Shown in pieces: positions 27,135 to 35,178 of a DNA stretch of 64,000 bases. The notes beneath the pieces were generated by a model, which saw only the letters and a list, made by a program, of their open reading frames with translations, made no database searches and was not told the DNA's origin. This DNA is from a virus. Its lineage: Duplodnaviria; Caudoviricetes. Where the stretch lies: IMG/VR virus record IMGVR_UViG_3300037418_003152, positions 5,271 through 69,270 of that record; one strand, given 5' to 3'. Position numbers and translations under genes: made by a program. How positions within the stretch are numbered: the first letter of the stretch is position 1; each line of letters starts with the position of its first letter.

Positions 27135-27706
27135 CAGAGCGCCTGGGTCTGTTCGGCGCTGACCCGCTGCATGTACAGCACCCGGCCGCGCTCGAGGTAG
27201 AGCTCGCCGGGGGCCGCGGTCACCGACACGCCGTCCGCGCCGCGGCGGTGCACGTCGCCGAAGGTCAGGGTCTTGTCGTCGGCGTCGAGCAGCAGCCCGT
27301 CGAACACGCCACCGCTGTCGCGCAGGAACACCAGCAACCGGTCCTTGACCAGGTCGCCGACGACCCGGTCGCTGCGGCGGACGGCGTCGAGCTCGTTGAG
27401 GTAGCGGGCGTTGGACGCGATCGCCTCGGTGGCGATGTTGGTGGCGGCCACCACGCTCTCGCGGGCCTCGTGCAGCTCCGAGCGCAGCGTCTCGATCACG
27501 CGGGTCTGGTCGGTGGCCAGGTCCGCGGCCGCGGCCATCGAGGCCGCGGTCTCGTCGAGCGCGGCGCGGCAGCGCTCGATCTCGGCGCGGGCCACGGCCA
27601 GCTCGGTGTCGCGGTCGTGGAGCTGGCGCTGTGCGCGCGCGGTGTCGCGGCGGGCCCGGTCGCGCTCGGCGCGGGCGCGGGTCAGGGCAGGGATCTGCAA
27701 CGGCAC
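27134..27706 (-). CDS. Coiled-coil + small beta-domain protein between terminase and portal
   Basis: Coupled to portal start. Confidence 0.6.
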   Translation of the reverse strand: MPLQIPALTRARAERDRARRDTARAQRQLHDRDTELAVARAEIERCRAALDETAASMAAAADLATDQTRVIETLRSELHEARESVVAATNIATEAIASNARYLNELDAVRRSDRVVGDLVKDRLLVFLRDSGGVFDGLLLDADDKTLTFGDVHRRGADGVSVTAAPGELYLERGRVLYMQRVSAEQTQAL

Positions 27707-27752
27707 GGGGAACCTCCTGGGCGTGCTGGGGCCCCGTGCTGGGGCGTCACAG

Positions 27753-29399
27753 TCAGGTCTGGGACCAGATCGAGAACCGGGACAGGTCCGCGGGTAGCGC
27801 CCGGTCCTCGGCGTTCCCGACCGGGGCGGACAGGTCGCGCGGGTTGAAGGCGAACTGCCCGCGCAGCACCAGGCCCTCGGCGCTCTCGCCCTCGTCGAAG
27901 ATCAGCGACGGCGTGCCGCCGATGTCCATCAGCAAATAGCGGAGGGCGTCGTAGTGGTGGTCCTTGGCCTTGGTGTCGACGTCCTCGGGCTTGCGCGGGT
28001 CCCGGGGCAGGTTCTCCATCGTCGACATCAGCTCGGGGCAGCTGTGGTCGAGCACGTGCAGCATCGGGCAGGTCGACCAGCCCAGCGCCCGGTGGTGCGC
28101 GCACGCCGGGCCCTCGGCCAGGTACTGGTGGATGCGCTGCTTGCCGCCGAACCGGTCGTTGTCGGCCTTGCGCAGCGGCGCGCCCTCCAGCGCGAACTGC
28201 GAGGCCGGGGGCAGCGCCGATCCTGACCGGCCCCACATCGCCGGGTCCGCCGCACGGGAGGCTGGGGGAGTGGTGCCCTCGCAGTTGATGATCCGGCGGG
28301 CCTGCTCGCGTTCCGGGGTCTGGATCATCGTCAGCTCGCGGTAGAGCCAGACCCGGCCGTCGGCGTCGCGCGCGCCCAGCAGGTAGGCCGAGGGCGCGGT
28401 CCAGCCGTAGTCGAGCCCGGCGTAGCGCGGCCACGACGGCGGCACGTCGAACGGCGGGACGAGAATCCTGTCGCGCTTCCAGTCGCCGAACGCGCCGTCG
28501 GGCATGACCGACCAGTCGCCGTCGAGGATGCGCCGGCGCAGCTCGGGGTCGGTGATGCCTTCGAGGGTCTTGGCGTAGTCGCCGACGAACGGGTTGTCGC
28601 GCACCTTGGCCGGGATGAAGATGCGGCGCCGGCCGGCGTCGTCGATCAGCTCGACGCGGCCGTAGTCGGTGGCGTCGACCCAGCCCTCTTTGACCACGCC
28701 GTGCCCGACGAATCCGGGGTTGGACGCCGAGCGCACCCCGAGGCACGGCACGCCGGGCACACCGGAGCGGACACGGGTGTAGAGGAACTCGACGACGTCG
28801 GGGTCGATCGTGGTGCGCTCGTCGAGGATCAGCAGGTTGATTTCCGCCGAGGACAGCGCGGAGGCTTCCTGCATGTTCTTGGCGTGGGCGAAGGTCAGCA
28901 CCGACCCGCCGGGGAACCGCAGCTCGTAGGTCGAGCCGTTCCACACCGCGCCCAGCGAGGCCCCGAACCCGTAGCGGGCCAGCATGCGCAGCACCGACTG
29001 GTTCAGCTCGGGGAACGACCGCCGGAACCAGAACACCTGGATCCCGGGGTACCGCACGCAGGTGCGCAGCGCGAGGATCAGCAAAGCGGCCGACTTCCCG
29101 CCGCCACCCGCGCCGCCGTAGAGCACGTCGAGTTCTTCGTCGGGCAGGTCGATGAACCGCTCCTGCGGGCACTGCCCGCACCGCGGCGGGATCGGCTCGC
29201 CGGCCGCGCGCGCCTCGTACTGCACCTTGCAGTTCGGGGTGAACCCGAGGATGGCCAGGACGTCGGCCTTGGCCATGCGCTCGGCGATCTGGCGGTCCCG
29301 CTGGCGGCGCAGCTCGGCGAGGCGCTGCAGCATCTCCAGCGGCGCCTCGACGACGCGCACGACCTCTTCGTTGCGGGGACGAGCGGGACGACGAGCCAT
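27753..29399 (-). CDS. terL: Terminase large subunit
   Basis: Walker A YGGAGGGGKS, Walker B ILDE, SASNPG, nuclease GLDYG and DHHYDALRY. Confidence 0.95.
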   Translation of the reverse strand: MARRPARPRNEEVVRVVEAPLEMLQRLAELRRQRDRQIAERMAKADVLAILGFTPNCKVQYEARAAGEPIPPRCGQCPQERFIDLPDEELDVLYGGAGGGGKSAALLILALRTCVRYPGIQVFWFRRSFPELNQSVLRMLARYGFGASLGAVWNGSTYELRFPGGSVLTFAHAKNMQEASALSSAEINLLILDERTTIDPDVVEFLYTRVRSGVPGVPCLGVRSASNPGFVGHGVVKEGWVDATDYGRVELIDDAGRRRIFIPAKVRDNPFVGDYAKTLEGITDPELRRRILDGDWSVMPDGAFGDWKRDRILVPPFDVPPSWPRYAGLDYGWTAPSAYLLGARDADGRVWLYRELTMIQTPEREQARRIINCEGTTPPASRAADPAMWGRSGSALPPASQFALEGAPLRKADNDRFGGKQRIHQYLAEGPACAHHRALGWSTCPMLHVLDHSCPELMSTMENLPRDPRKPEDVDTKAKDHHYDALRYLLMDIGGTPSLIFDEGESAEGLVLRGQFAFNPRDLSAPVGNAEDRALPADLSRFSIWSQT

Positions 29400-29467
29400 G
29401 CCACACCTCCTCGTCGGTGAAGTGGTGTGGCGGCTGTTCGACCAGCGGAAACGCGCAGATCAGCGAG

Positions 29468-29476
29468 TTATCCACA
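29468..29476 (+). promoter_or_regulatory. Perfect DnaA-box (TTATCCACA)
   Basis: Exact match to the TTATNCACA consensus in an AT-enriched intergenic region. Confidence 0.55.
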
Positions 29477-29664
29477 TTCGCGTACAGGTGGTTACTTTGA
29501 ACTTGAGTTGATCAGAAACCACCTACGCAAAGCGCGTTCGCTTTTCCGAGGCAAAGGTATTCACGGAGCGCAGCGGAGTGAATGCCTTTGCGGCGGCGCG
29601 CTAGCGCCGAGCTTTTCTCTCTTTATGTAATCTCTAGTATGTAGTTTCTAAGAACCCTGGTTAG

Positions 29665-29795
29665 CCGGATACGGCTCAACCGGATCCGGGTTACCCGGAC
29701 ACGGCCAGGCCGAGCACGGCCCCCCCGAGTACGGCCACACCGAACACGGCCCAGCCGAACACGGGTAAGCCGTCTTCGGTTACCCCGGGATCGGT
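29665..29795. repeat. About nine degenerate direct repeats with 15-bp period (core CCG-NNN-ACGG), iteron-like
   Basis: Units start at 29665, 29680, 29695, 29710, 29725, 29740, 29755, 29770, 29785; next to AT-rich 29612-29655. Confidence 0.75.
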
Positions 29796-29902
29796 GCTGT
29801 TCGGGCTGGTCAGACGCTCGCGGTGTGGCGACGGAGACGGATTACCCGTGGGCGGTGTACGGTAACCACACGGAACCACACGACTGTAACTAGCCGGGAT
29901 GG

Positions 29903-30655
29903 ATGAGGGCGCGGGAACGCCCCCACCCCGGCGCACCACGCCCTAGCGGAAGGCACGTGATGCAGCAGGACCAGTGTAACCAGACACCGGCGACACAACC
30001 GGAAACGCTCGCGACCGAGCGCGTCGCCCCCACCCCGGCGCAGGTTCTCGTCGACCCGCAGCGCCTCGACGGGCTGTCGATGGAAGCCTCGGCGATCTAC
30101 CTCGCGCTCGTCCTCGACAACGCGCTCGGCCGGAAGTCGACGGGCCGCTCGCTGCGCGATCGATTCGGCTGCGGCCCCCACAGCGTCATGCACGCCCTGG
30201 TCGAGCTGCGCAAGCGCGGCCTGGTCCTCACCGGCCCCGAACACTTCGCGGCCATGCGGCAGTGGGACGTCGACCTCTACGGCGAGGACGGCGCGCTGTT
30301 TGGTGAGCAGGTCCGCGCTCGCGCCACGGCCAAGCGGCGGGAGCGACCCGAACCGGTCGTCCACCCCGAGCCGACCGAACCCACGTGGGTCGGCAAGGAG
30401 TGGCCCATCGCCAGCCCCGACTACCCGCGCAAGGGCCAGAACGTCGTCTACCTGCTCATCGACTCGGCCGGGGCCGTCGCCTACGTCGGCAGCACCGACC
30501 GGTTCCTCGGCCGCATGTCCGACCATGCCGACGACAAGGTGTGGACGACGTGGTCGGCCTACCTGTGCGCCAACCGCGACGCCGCCTATGCGTTCGAGCG
30601 CAAGAAGATCGCCGAGCTGCAGCCCTACCTCAACCACCAGGGGAGCAGCCGGTGA
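29903..30655 (+). CDS. HTH + GIY-YIG nuclease domain protein
   Basis: VVYLLIDSAGAVAYVGST...RMSDH...AYAFERKKIAELQPYLN GIY-YIG pattern; N-terminal wHTH-like segment; true start may be near 29959. Confidence 0.72.
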   Translation: MRARERPHPGAPRPSGRHVMQQDQCNQTPATQPETLATERVAPTPAQVLVDPQRLDGLSMEASAIYLALVLDNALGRKSTGRSLRDRFGCGPHSVMHALVELRKRGLVLTGPEHFAAMRQWDVDLYGEDGALFGEQVRARATAKRRERPEPVVHPEPTEPTWVGKEWPIASPDYPRKGQNVVYLLIDSAGAVAYVGSTDRFLGRMSDHADDKVWTTWSAYLCANRDAAYAFERKKIAELQPYLNHQGSSR

Positions 30656-31023
30656 GCGCCGCACCCGTGGAGACCGGTGCCGCGACCCGCAAGCTCGTCA
30701 AGGAGCAGTACGAGAACATCCCGCGCCGCGTCCTGCAGGACAGCCGGATCTCGCTGCGCGCGCTCGGCGTGCTGGTGCTGCTGCTGTCGATGCCCGAGGG
30801 CTGGCGCACCAGCGCCACGAAGATCGCCGGCTCGCGCAAGGAGGGCCGCGATGCCATCGAGACCGCGCTCAAAGAGCTGGTCGCGGTTGGCTACCTCGCC
30901 CGACACCGCGTGCAGTACAAGAACGGCACCTGGGGCTGGGTGTGGCTCTACGGCGTCGATCCCGAGTACGTCGCCCAGGAGGCCGAGGCCGAACTGGAGC
31001 GTCTGCGGTTCTCGGCCGCGTAG
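30652..31023 (+). CDS. Winged-HTH protein resembling the N-terminus of phage replication initiators
   Basis: GTG 30652 (GTGA overlap); IPRRVLQDSRISLRALGVLVLLLSMPEGW...GRDAIETALKELVAVGYL. Confidence 0.7.
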   Translation: MSAAPVETGAATRKLVKEQYENIPRRVLQDSRISLRALGVLVLLLSMPEGWRTSATKIAGSRKEGRDAIETALKELVAVGYLARHRVQYKNGTWGWVWLYGVDPEYVAQEAEAELERLRFSAA

Positions 31024-31029
31024 CCGCGG

Positions 31030-31254
31030 TCAGTTGTCGCTGATCTCGACGGGCACGGCGAGCTCGCCGTCGACCACGCCGGGCGGGTTGGGCGGCACCC
31101 GACAGGCCACGAGCCGGCCGGGGTGGGTGATGCGGAACCCCTTGACCGGGTCGAACTCGGCGAGGATGCCGGGCTGTCCGCAGACCGCGCAGGTGACCTC
31201 GCGTTCGTCGTCGGGGGTGGTCGGGCGCAGCACGGGGTCGGTCTGATCGGCCAT
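31030..31254 (-). CDS. Hypothetical protein (CxxC)
   Basis: Start ATG 31254 (MADQTDP). Confidence 0.55.
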   Translation of the reverse strand: MADQTDPVLRPTTPDDEREVTCAVCGQPGILAEFDPVKGFRITHPGRLVACRVPPNPPGVVDGELAVPVEISDN

Positions 31255-31280
31255 GGGGAACCTCGTTGAACCTCGGGGGA

Positions 31281-31478
31281 CTACAGCAGGTCGGCCAGCA
31301 GGAGCTTCGAGCCGTCGCAGCGGCTGCGCGGGCTCCCGGCCTTCACGTGGAGGGCCAGCCGGCCGGCGACGAGTTCCACGCCGGGGGCCTGGCAGCGCGG
31401 GCACGTCGTCGAGTCGGCGACCGGCGGGCCGGTGCGCGTGGGCGCCGCGGCGGCGGGCGGACGGGCGGGCATGGCCAC
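31281..31478 (-). CDS. Small Zn-finger-like protein
   Basis: CPRC...H...C pattern. Confidence 0.5.
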   Translation of the reverse strand: MAMPARPPAAAAPTRTGPPVADSTTCPRCQAPGVELVAGRLALHVKAGSPRSRCDGSKLLLADLL

Positions 31479-31482
31479 CTCC

Positions 31483-31752
31483 TCAGCTCAGCCGGGGCGC
31501 GTCGAGGTCGACCCCGGTCACGTCGACGTGCACGACCTCGCCCGCCGAGGTGGCGTTGAGCTGGCCGCGGTCGTGCTCGCGGCCCTGGCCGTCGGTCATC
31601 TTCCAGAAGCCGACGCGGTGACCGGACGGCACCTCGACGTCGGCGCCGGCCGTCGTGGTGATGCGCACCCAGCGGGTGACCCGGTAGCCCTGCTCGTCGA
31701 ACAGCGCGACGCGCAGCCCGAGCCGGTCGAGCACGTCCTGGGTGATGTTCAC
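31483..31752 (-). CDS. Hypothetical protein
   Basis: GTG 31752 in GTGA overlap. Confidence 0.55.
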   Translation of the reverse strand: MNITQDVLDRLGLRVALFDEQGYRVTRWVRITTTAGADVEVPSGHRVGFWKMTDGQGREHDRGQLNATSAGEVVHVDVTGVDLDAPRLS

Positions 31753-31919
31753 TTGCGGGGCTTGCCGCGGTTGCGGGAGTTGCCGCCCGCGGTCAGGCGC
31801 CCGTCGGCCTTGCCGGTCGTCTTGGACACGCCGGGCTTGACCGCGCCCTTGCCGTACTTCTTGGCCTCCTCGGCGCCGCCGCCGCTGGCGGGGCTGGGGC
31901 CTTCGGTGATCTCCGACAT
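31749..31919 (-). CDS. Small basic G/K-rich protein
   Basis: RBS GGGAGGA, ATG 31919 (MSEITEG). Confidence 0.55.
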   Translation of the reverse strand: MSEITEGPSPASGGGAEEAKKYGKGAVKPGVSKTTGKADGRLTAGGNSRNRGKPRK

Positions 31920-31933
31920 CGTTCCTCCCAGGG

Positions 31934-32167
31934 TCAGGCGAGCATCCGGTTGAGCAGCCCGGGCGGGCTGTAGACCAGGCCGGCGGTGCCATCGGCGAAG
32001 CCGACCTGGCACAGCTGGTAGGGCGCGGTCTCGGGCAGCGGCGCCGCCGCGGCCGTCGCGTGGCGGGGGATGGGCACCGCGAGCAGCGGCGGCGGCGGGT
32101 AGCCGACGGTGATGGTCTGTCCGTCGCACGGCCCACCGAACAGCCCGATCTTGAGTGCGGTGGCCAT
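31934..32167 (-). CDS. Hypothetical protein (LFGGPCDG motif)
   Basis: RBS GGAGG; GGPxDG motif recurrent in actinophage small proteins. Confidence 0.6.
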   Translation of the reverse strand: MATALKIGLFGGPCDGQTITVGYPPPPLLAVPIPRHATAAAAPLPETAPYQLCQVGFADGTAGLVYSPPGLLNRMLA

Positions 32168-32217
32168 TGCGACCTCCGATCACCCGGGGCGCCTACCCGC
32201 TGTCGAGTCCGTGCACC

Positions 32218-32520
32218 TCACGAGACATCCGAGCAGATGATGCGCTCCGCGGGTGCCGCCCCGATCCGGTCGGTCAGCATGACCTCACCCCACCGGTCGA
32301 ACAGCCGCCACGACCACGGGTCGATGTCCTCGGACACCGTCAGCGGCACACCCATGAACGTCGTCCCGGGCGGGCAGCCCGGCGGCAGCGGCTCACCGCC
32401 GCCGCGTTCCTGCGCATCGGCTTTCGCCAGCTTGAACGCCAGCGTCCCCATCTCGACCCGGGCCAGCTGTGGTGGCTCGACCAGCCGACGCATCTCCCGC
32501 ATCCAGTCGATGTCGCTCAT
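32218..32520 (-). CDS. Hypothetical protein
   Basis: ATG 32520, ATGA overlap. Confidence 0.5.
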   Translation of the reverse strand: MSDIDWMREMRRLVEPPQLARVEMGTLAFKLAKADAQERGGGEPLPPGCPPGTTFMGVPLTVSEDIDPWSWRLFDRWGEVMLTDRIGAAPAERIICSDVS

Positions 32521-32816
32521 CCGGTCACGCTCCCACGCGGCACCGACCCGGCGCGGCGGGCTCGACACCCGTCGGCGTTGTGCTCGCGTATCACCCAGTC
32601 GTAGGGCCGATCCCCTGACCTGACGACCTCCACCCACCCGACCTCGGTGTCGACGAGGTCGCCCGGGCGCTTGGTGTGCTCGCGCAGCGCCAGTGGCGCG
32701 CCGCAGTTCTCGCACGGCTCGCGGCGGGTGTAGTGGACACCAGCCATCAGGAGATCGATGCGGCGCGGGTCGGTCTCGGCGGCAAGCACCAGCTCGAACA
32801 CCTCGGCAGGCGTCAC
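32517..32816 (-). CDS. Hypothetical Zn-binding protein
   Basis: CENC...H...C; coupled to recombinase stop. Confidence 0.55.
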   Translation of the reverse strand: MTPAEVFELVLAAETDPRRIDLLMAGVHYTRREPCENCGAPLALREHTKRPGDLVDTEVGWVEVVRSGDRPYDWVIREHNADGCRARRAGSVPRGSVTG

Positions 32817-33811
32817 CGGTCCACCATCCCACCGGGGTCTGACGCGGTGTCCATGATCTCGGCGAGGACGTGCCCGGCCGCGTTGGCCAGGTCCCGCGCG
32901 GACTGGTCGTAGCGCATCGTCGTCTCGAGCCGCCGGTGTCCCAGCATCTCGCGCACCTCGCGGACGTCGGCCTTGCGCCCGTCCGGGCCGGTGCCGGTCA
33001 GCGCCATCGTCGCCGCGGTGTGCCGCAGCACGTGCGGGGTCACCTTCTTGCCCTCGATCCCGGCCGCGGCGACCAGCTTGGACAGCCGGTAGGCGACGTC
33101 GAACCGATTGATCGGCTGGCCGTGCCGGTCGACGAACAGCTGCCCGTTCCGGTCCCCGAGGTGGCGGTCCAGCGCCTCCCCGGCGGCCGGGGGGAGCAGC
33201 ACCTTGTCGCGGCGCCCACCCTTGCGGGTCACCAGCAGCGCCCGATGCTCGCCGTCGCGCACCAGATCAGAGCGGCGCGCGGTGCACAGCTCGGTGGCGC
33301 GCACCGCCGTGTAGAACAGCAGCTTCACCATGGCTTCGTCGAACGTGCCGGAGGCTTCCGCGGCCGCGAACAGCCGATCCAGCTCATCGCGCGACAGGGC
33401 CGAGGTCATCGACTTCGGGTCCAGCTGCGGGCGCTTGACCCGCGCGGCCGGATTCCCCGGCACCAGGTGCTCGTGCTCGAGGTTGCCGTAGTCGTAGAAG
33501 CTCGACAGCGTCGCCATCTTCCGGACCACGGTGGCGTCGGAGTAGTGCCGGCCCGCCGAGCCGTCCTGCAGCCACCGGCGGAACCCGTCGATCATCAGCC
33601 GGTTCGCGGTCAGCGCGTCGATGTCGAACTCGTCGCACCAGGCGAAGAACTGGCTGATGTCGCGGCGGTAGGCGTCGCGGGTGTTGTCACGGCGCTGCGC
33701 GAGTAGCCACGACGCCGCGATCCGGTCCCGCAGCGCGGGCTCGTTGACCGCCACGTCGGCGCGGGCGTCAGCGTGGGCGAGCACGAGCTCGCCGTCGTAG
33801 TACTCGGTCAC
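32813..33811 (-). CDS. Tyrosine recombinase, XerC/D-like
   Basis: TAVRATEL (R), TRKGG (K), PHVLRH (HxxR), LGHRRLETTMRY (H, Y); N-terminal NTRDAYRRDI SAM-like domain; no arm-binding domain. Confidence 0.93.
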   Translation of the reverse strand: MTEYYDGELVLAHADARADVAVNEPALRDRIAASWLLAQRRDNTRDAYRRDISQFFAWCDEFDIDALTANRLMIDGFRRWLQDGSAGRHYSDATVVRKMATLSSFYDYGNLEHEHLVPGNPAARVKRPQLDPKSMTSALSRDELDRLFAAAEASGTFDEAMVKLLFYTAVRATELCTARRSDLVRDGEHRALLVTRKGGRRDKVLLPPAAGEALDRHLGDRNGQLFVDRHGQPINRFDVAYRLSKLVAAAGIEGKKVTPHVLRHTAATMALTGTGPDGRKADVREVREMLGHRRLETTMRYDQSARDLANAAGHVLAEIMDTASDPGGMVDR

Positions 33812-34257
33812 CGGCCACCGGCCATCAGCTCGACCGCACGGGCGATCAACTCGTGCGCGCGGCGGCGGCGGCTTTCGTCGCGCTCGCCGCCGTCGGCGGG
33901 GTACTCGATGCCGTAGCCGTCGCGCCAGCGCGGGATGAGCCCGAGGTTGGCCAGCGGCTGATACAGGTCGTACCGCCAGTCCGACGAACCGGTGATCCCG
34001 TAGTTCGTCGAGGCCTCACCGTCGATGAGCCCGAACGCGAGCGCACCGAGGTAATGGCGCACGCTCTCGCGCCGACCCGGCACCGGAGAGTCGAGGAACG
34101 CGACGATCTGCTCGTCGGTCGGATCGACGGCCGCCGGCGGGGCGAACTCGACGTCGCGCCACTGGTCGCCGTCGAACCACTGCACGACGTCGCCGTGGAT
34201 CCGAAGATGCCCGGGGCGCTCTGTGCCCGGCGGCGGATTCAGTAGCGGCTCGCTCAC
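33808..34257 (-). CDS. Hypothetical protein
   Basis: GTG 34257, GTGA overlaps at both ends. Confidence 0.6.
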   Translation of the reverse strand: MSEPLLNPPPGTERPGHLRIHGDVVQWFDGDQWRDVEFAPPAAVDPTDEQIVAFLDSPVPGRRESVRHYLGALAFGLIDGEASTNYGITGSSDWRYDLYQPLANLGLIPRWRDGYGIEYPADGGERDESRRRRAHELIARAVELMAGGR

Positions 34258-34598
34258 CGGCGCCACATCCGGCGGAGCCCGTCGAGCAGCTGCCGGCCGA
34301 TGCTGGGCGGCGGCTCGGGGGCGGGCGGGAGCGGCGCGACGTCGCGGTAGGGCGAGGCGTCGCCGTGCTCGGCGCGGCACCGGTCCATCTCTTCGCGGGC
34401 GACGGTGTAGGCGGCGACCGCTGCAAGGTGGCGCCCGTGCCGGGAGGCGGCGAGCTGGCGGCCGAGCAGTCGCTCGACGGCGGCCGTGTGCTCGCAGCTG
34501 AGAGCGTCGCTCTCGTCCACTACCACCTGTCGCAGTCCAAGTCCATGTGCCGTTCCGCGAGCGATGTTCGCTACCGGCGGTAAGTTAGCGTGCTGCAT
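34254..34598 (-). CDS. Hypothetical protein (start uncertain)
   Basis: Stop coupled to the next gene; annotated ATG lies inside the dif-like site, so the real start is probably internal. Confidence 0.45.
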   Translation of the reverse strand: MQHANLPPVANIARGTAHGLGLRQVVVDESDALSCEHTAAVERLLGRQLAASRHGRHLAAVAAYTVAREEMDRCRAEHGDASPYRDVAPLPPAPEPPPSIGRQLLDGLRRMWRR

Positions 34599-34617
34599 AA
34601 CGTTGATTATGTGAAAA
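34590..34617 (+). other. dif-like Xer recombination site
   Basis: GTGCTGCATAA-CGTTGA-TTATGTGAAAA versus E. coli dif GGTGCGCATAA-TGTATA-TTATGTTAAAT (7/11 and 9/11 arm identity, same 11-6-11 geometry). Confidence 0.7.
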
Positions 34618-34634
34618 CGGCCGACATTTTCGGT

Positions 34635-34982
34635 CTACTTGGACGGCGTGGCGCCCCTCGGATCGCCCAGCGGAAGTCGCGGCGAGTCGAGGAACCCCAG
34701 CCCGGTCACTGGCTCGGACACGGCGACCTGTTCGGCGCGCACCCAGCCGCGCGCGATCGCCTCCTTGGCCGCGGCCGGCGACAGCACCAGAACCGGGTCC
34801 GGGCGGGGCGGCGCCTCCTCGGCGATCCGCACCGCCGCAGCCATCCCGGCGGCCAGCGGGTCTTCGCCCGTGATGTAGACGGCGTGGTCGATGGCGAGCG
34901 TCGCGGCGACCATCGCCCTGTTGACGAGATCTTGCAGTTGCCCGGGTGGCCGCTGGTCGGCGCCGAGGGGATGGCGGTTCAT
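34635..34982 (-). CDS. Hypothetical protein
   Basis: ORF with RBS-like GGAGGG; codon use consistent with neighbours. Confidence 0.5.
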   Translation of the reverse strand: MNRHPLGADQRPPGQLQDLVNRAMVAATLAIDHAVYITGEDPLAAGMAAAVRIAEEAPPRPDPVLVLSPAAAKEAIARGWVRAEQVAVSEPVTGLGFLDSPRLPLGDPRGATPSK

Positions 34983-35178
34983 GTTGGGTAACCCTCCAGC
35001 GGATGTCCGGATCGTCCGCTATGATCGACACGTCCTTTGGTAGGGACACCCCGGGCCCCGGTGGCGCAGCTGGTCAGGCCTTGCGCCCCGGGCGCCCCCC
35101 TCCCGGGCGCGGCGCCCCGGTGGGCGACTGATCGTCCGCTACCGTCACGGGGCTCCCCGGCAGATAGGACACTCCGCG

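Noticed and set aside
29665-29795. Repeat arrays (29665-29795, 61581-61636, 63915-63995) as CRISPR or mini-CRISPR arrays
   Set aside because: Periods of 15-17 bp leave no room for unique spacers; no cas genes.
29152-29939. ORFs 29152-29511+, 29427-29630+ and 29691-29939- as real genes
   Set aside because: No RBS or motif; they overlap the terminase start or the repeat/AT-rich origin-like DNA.
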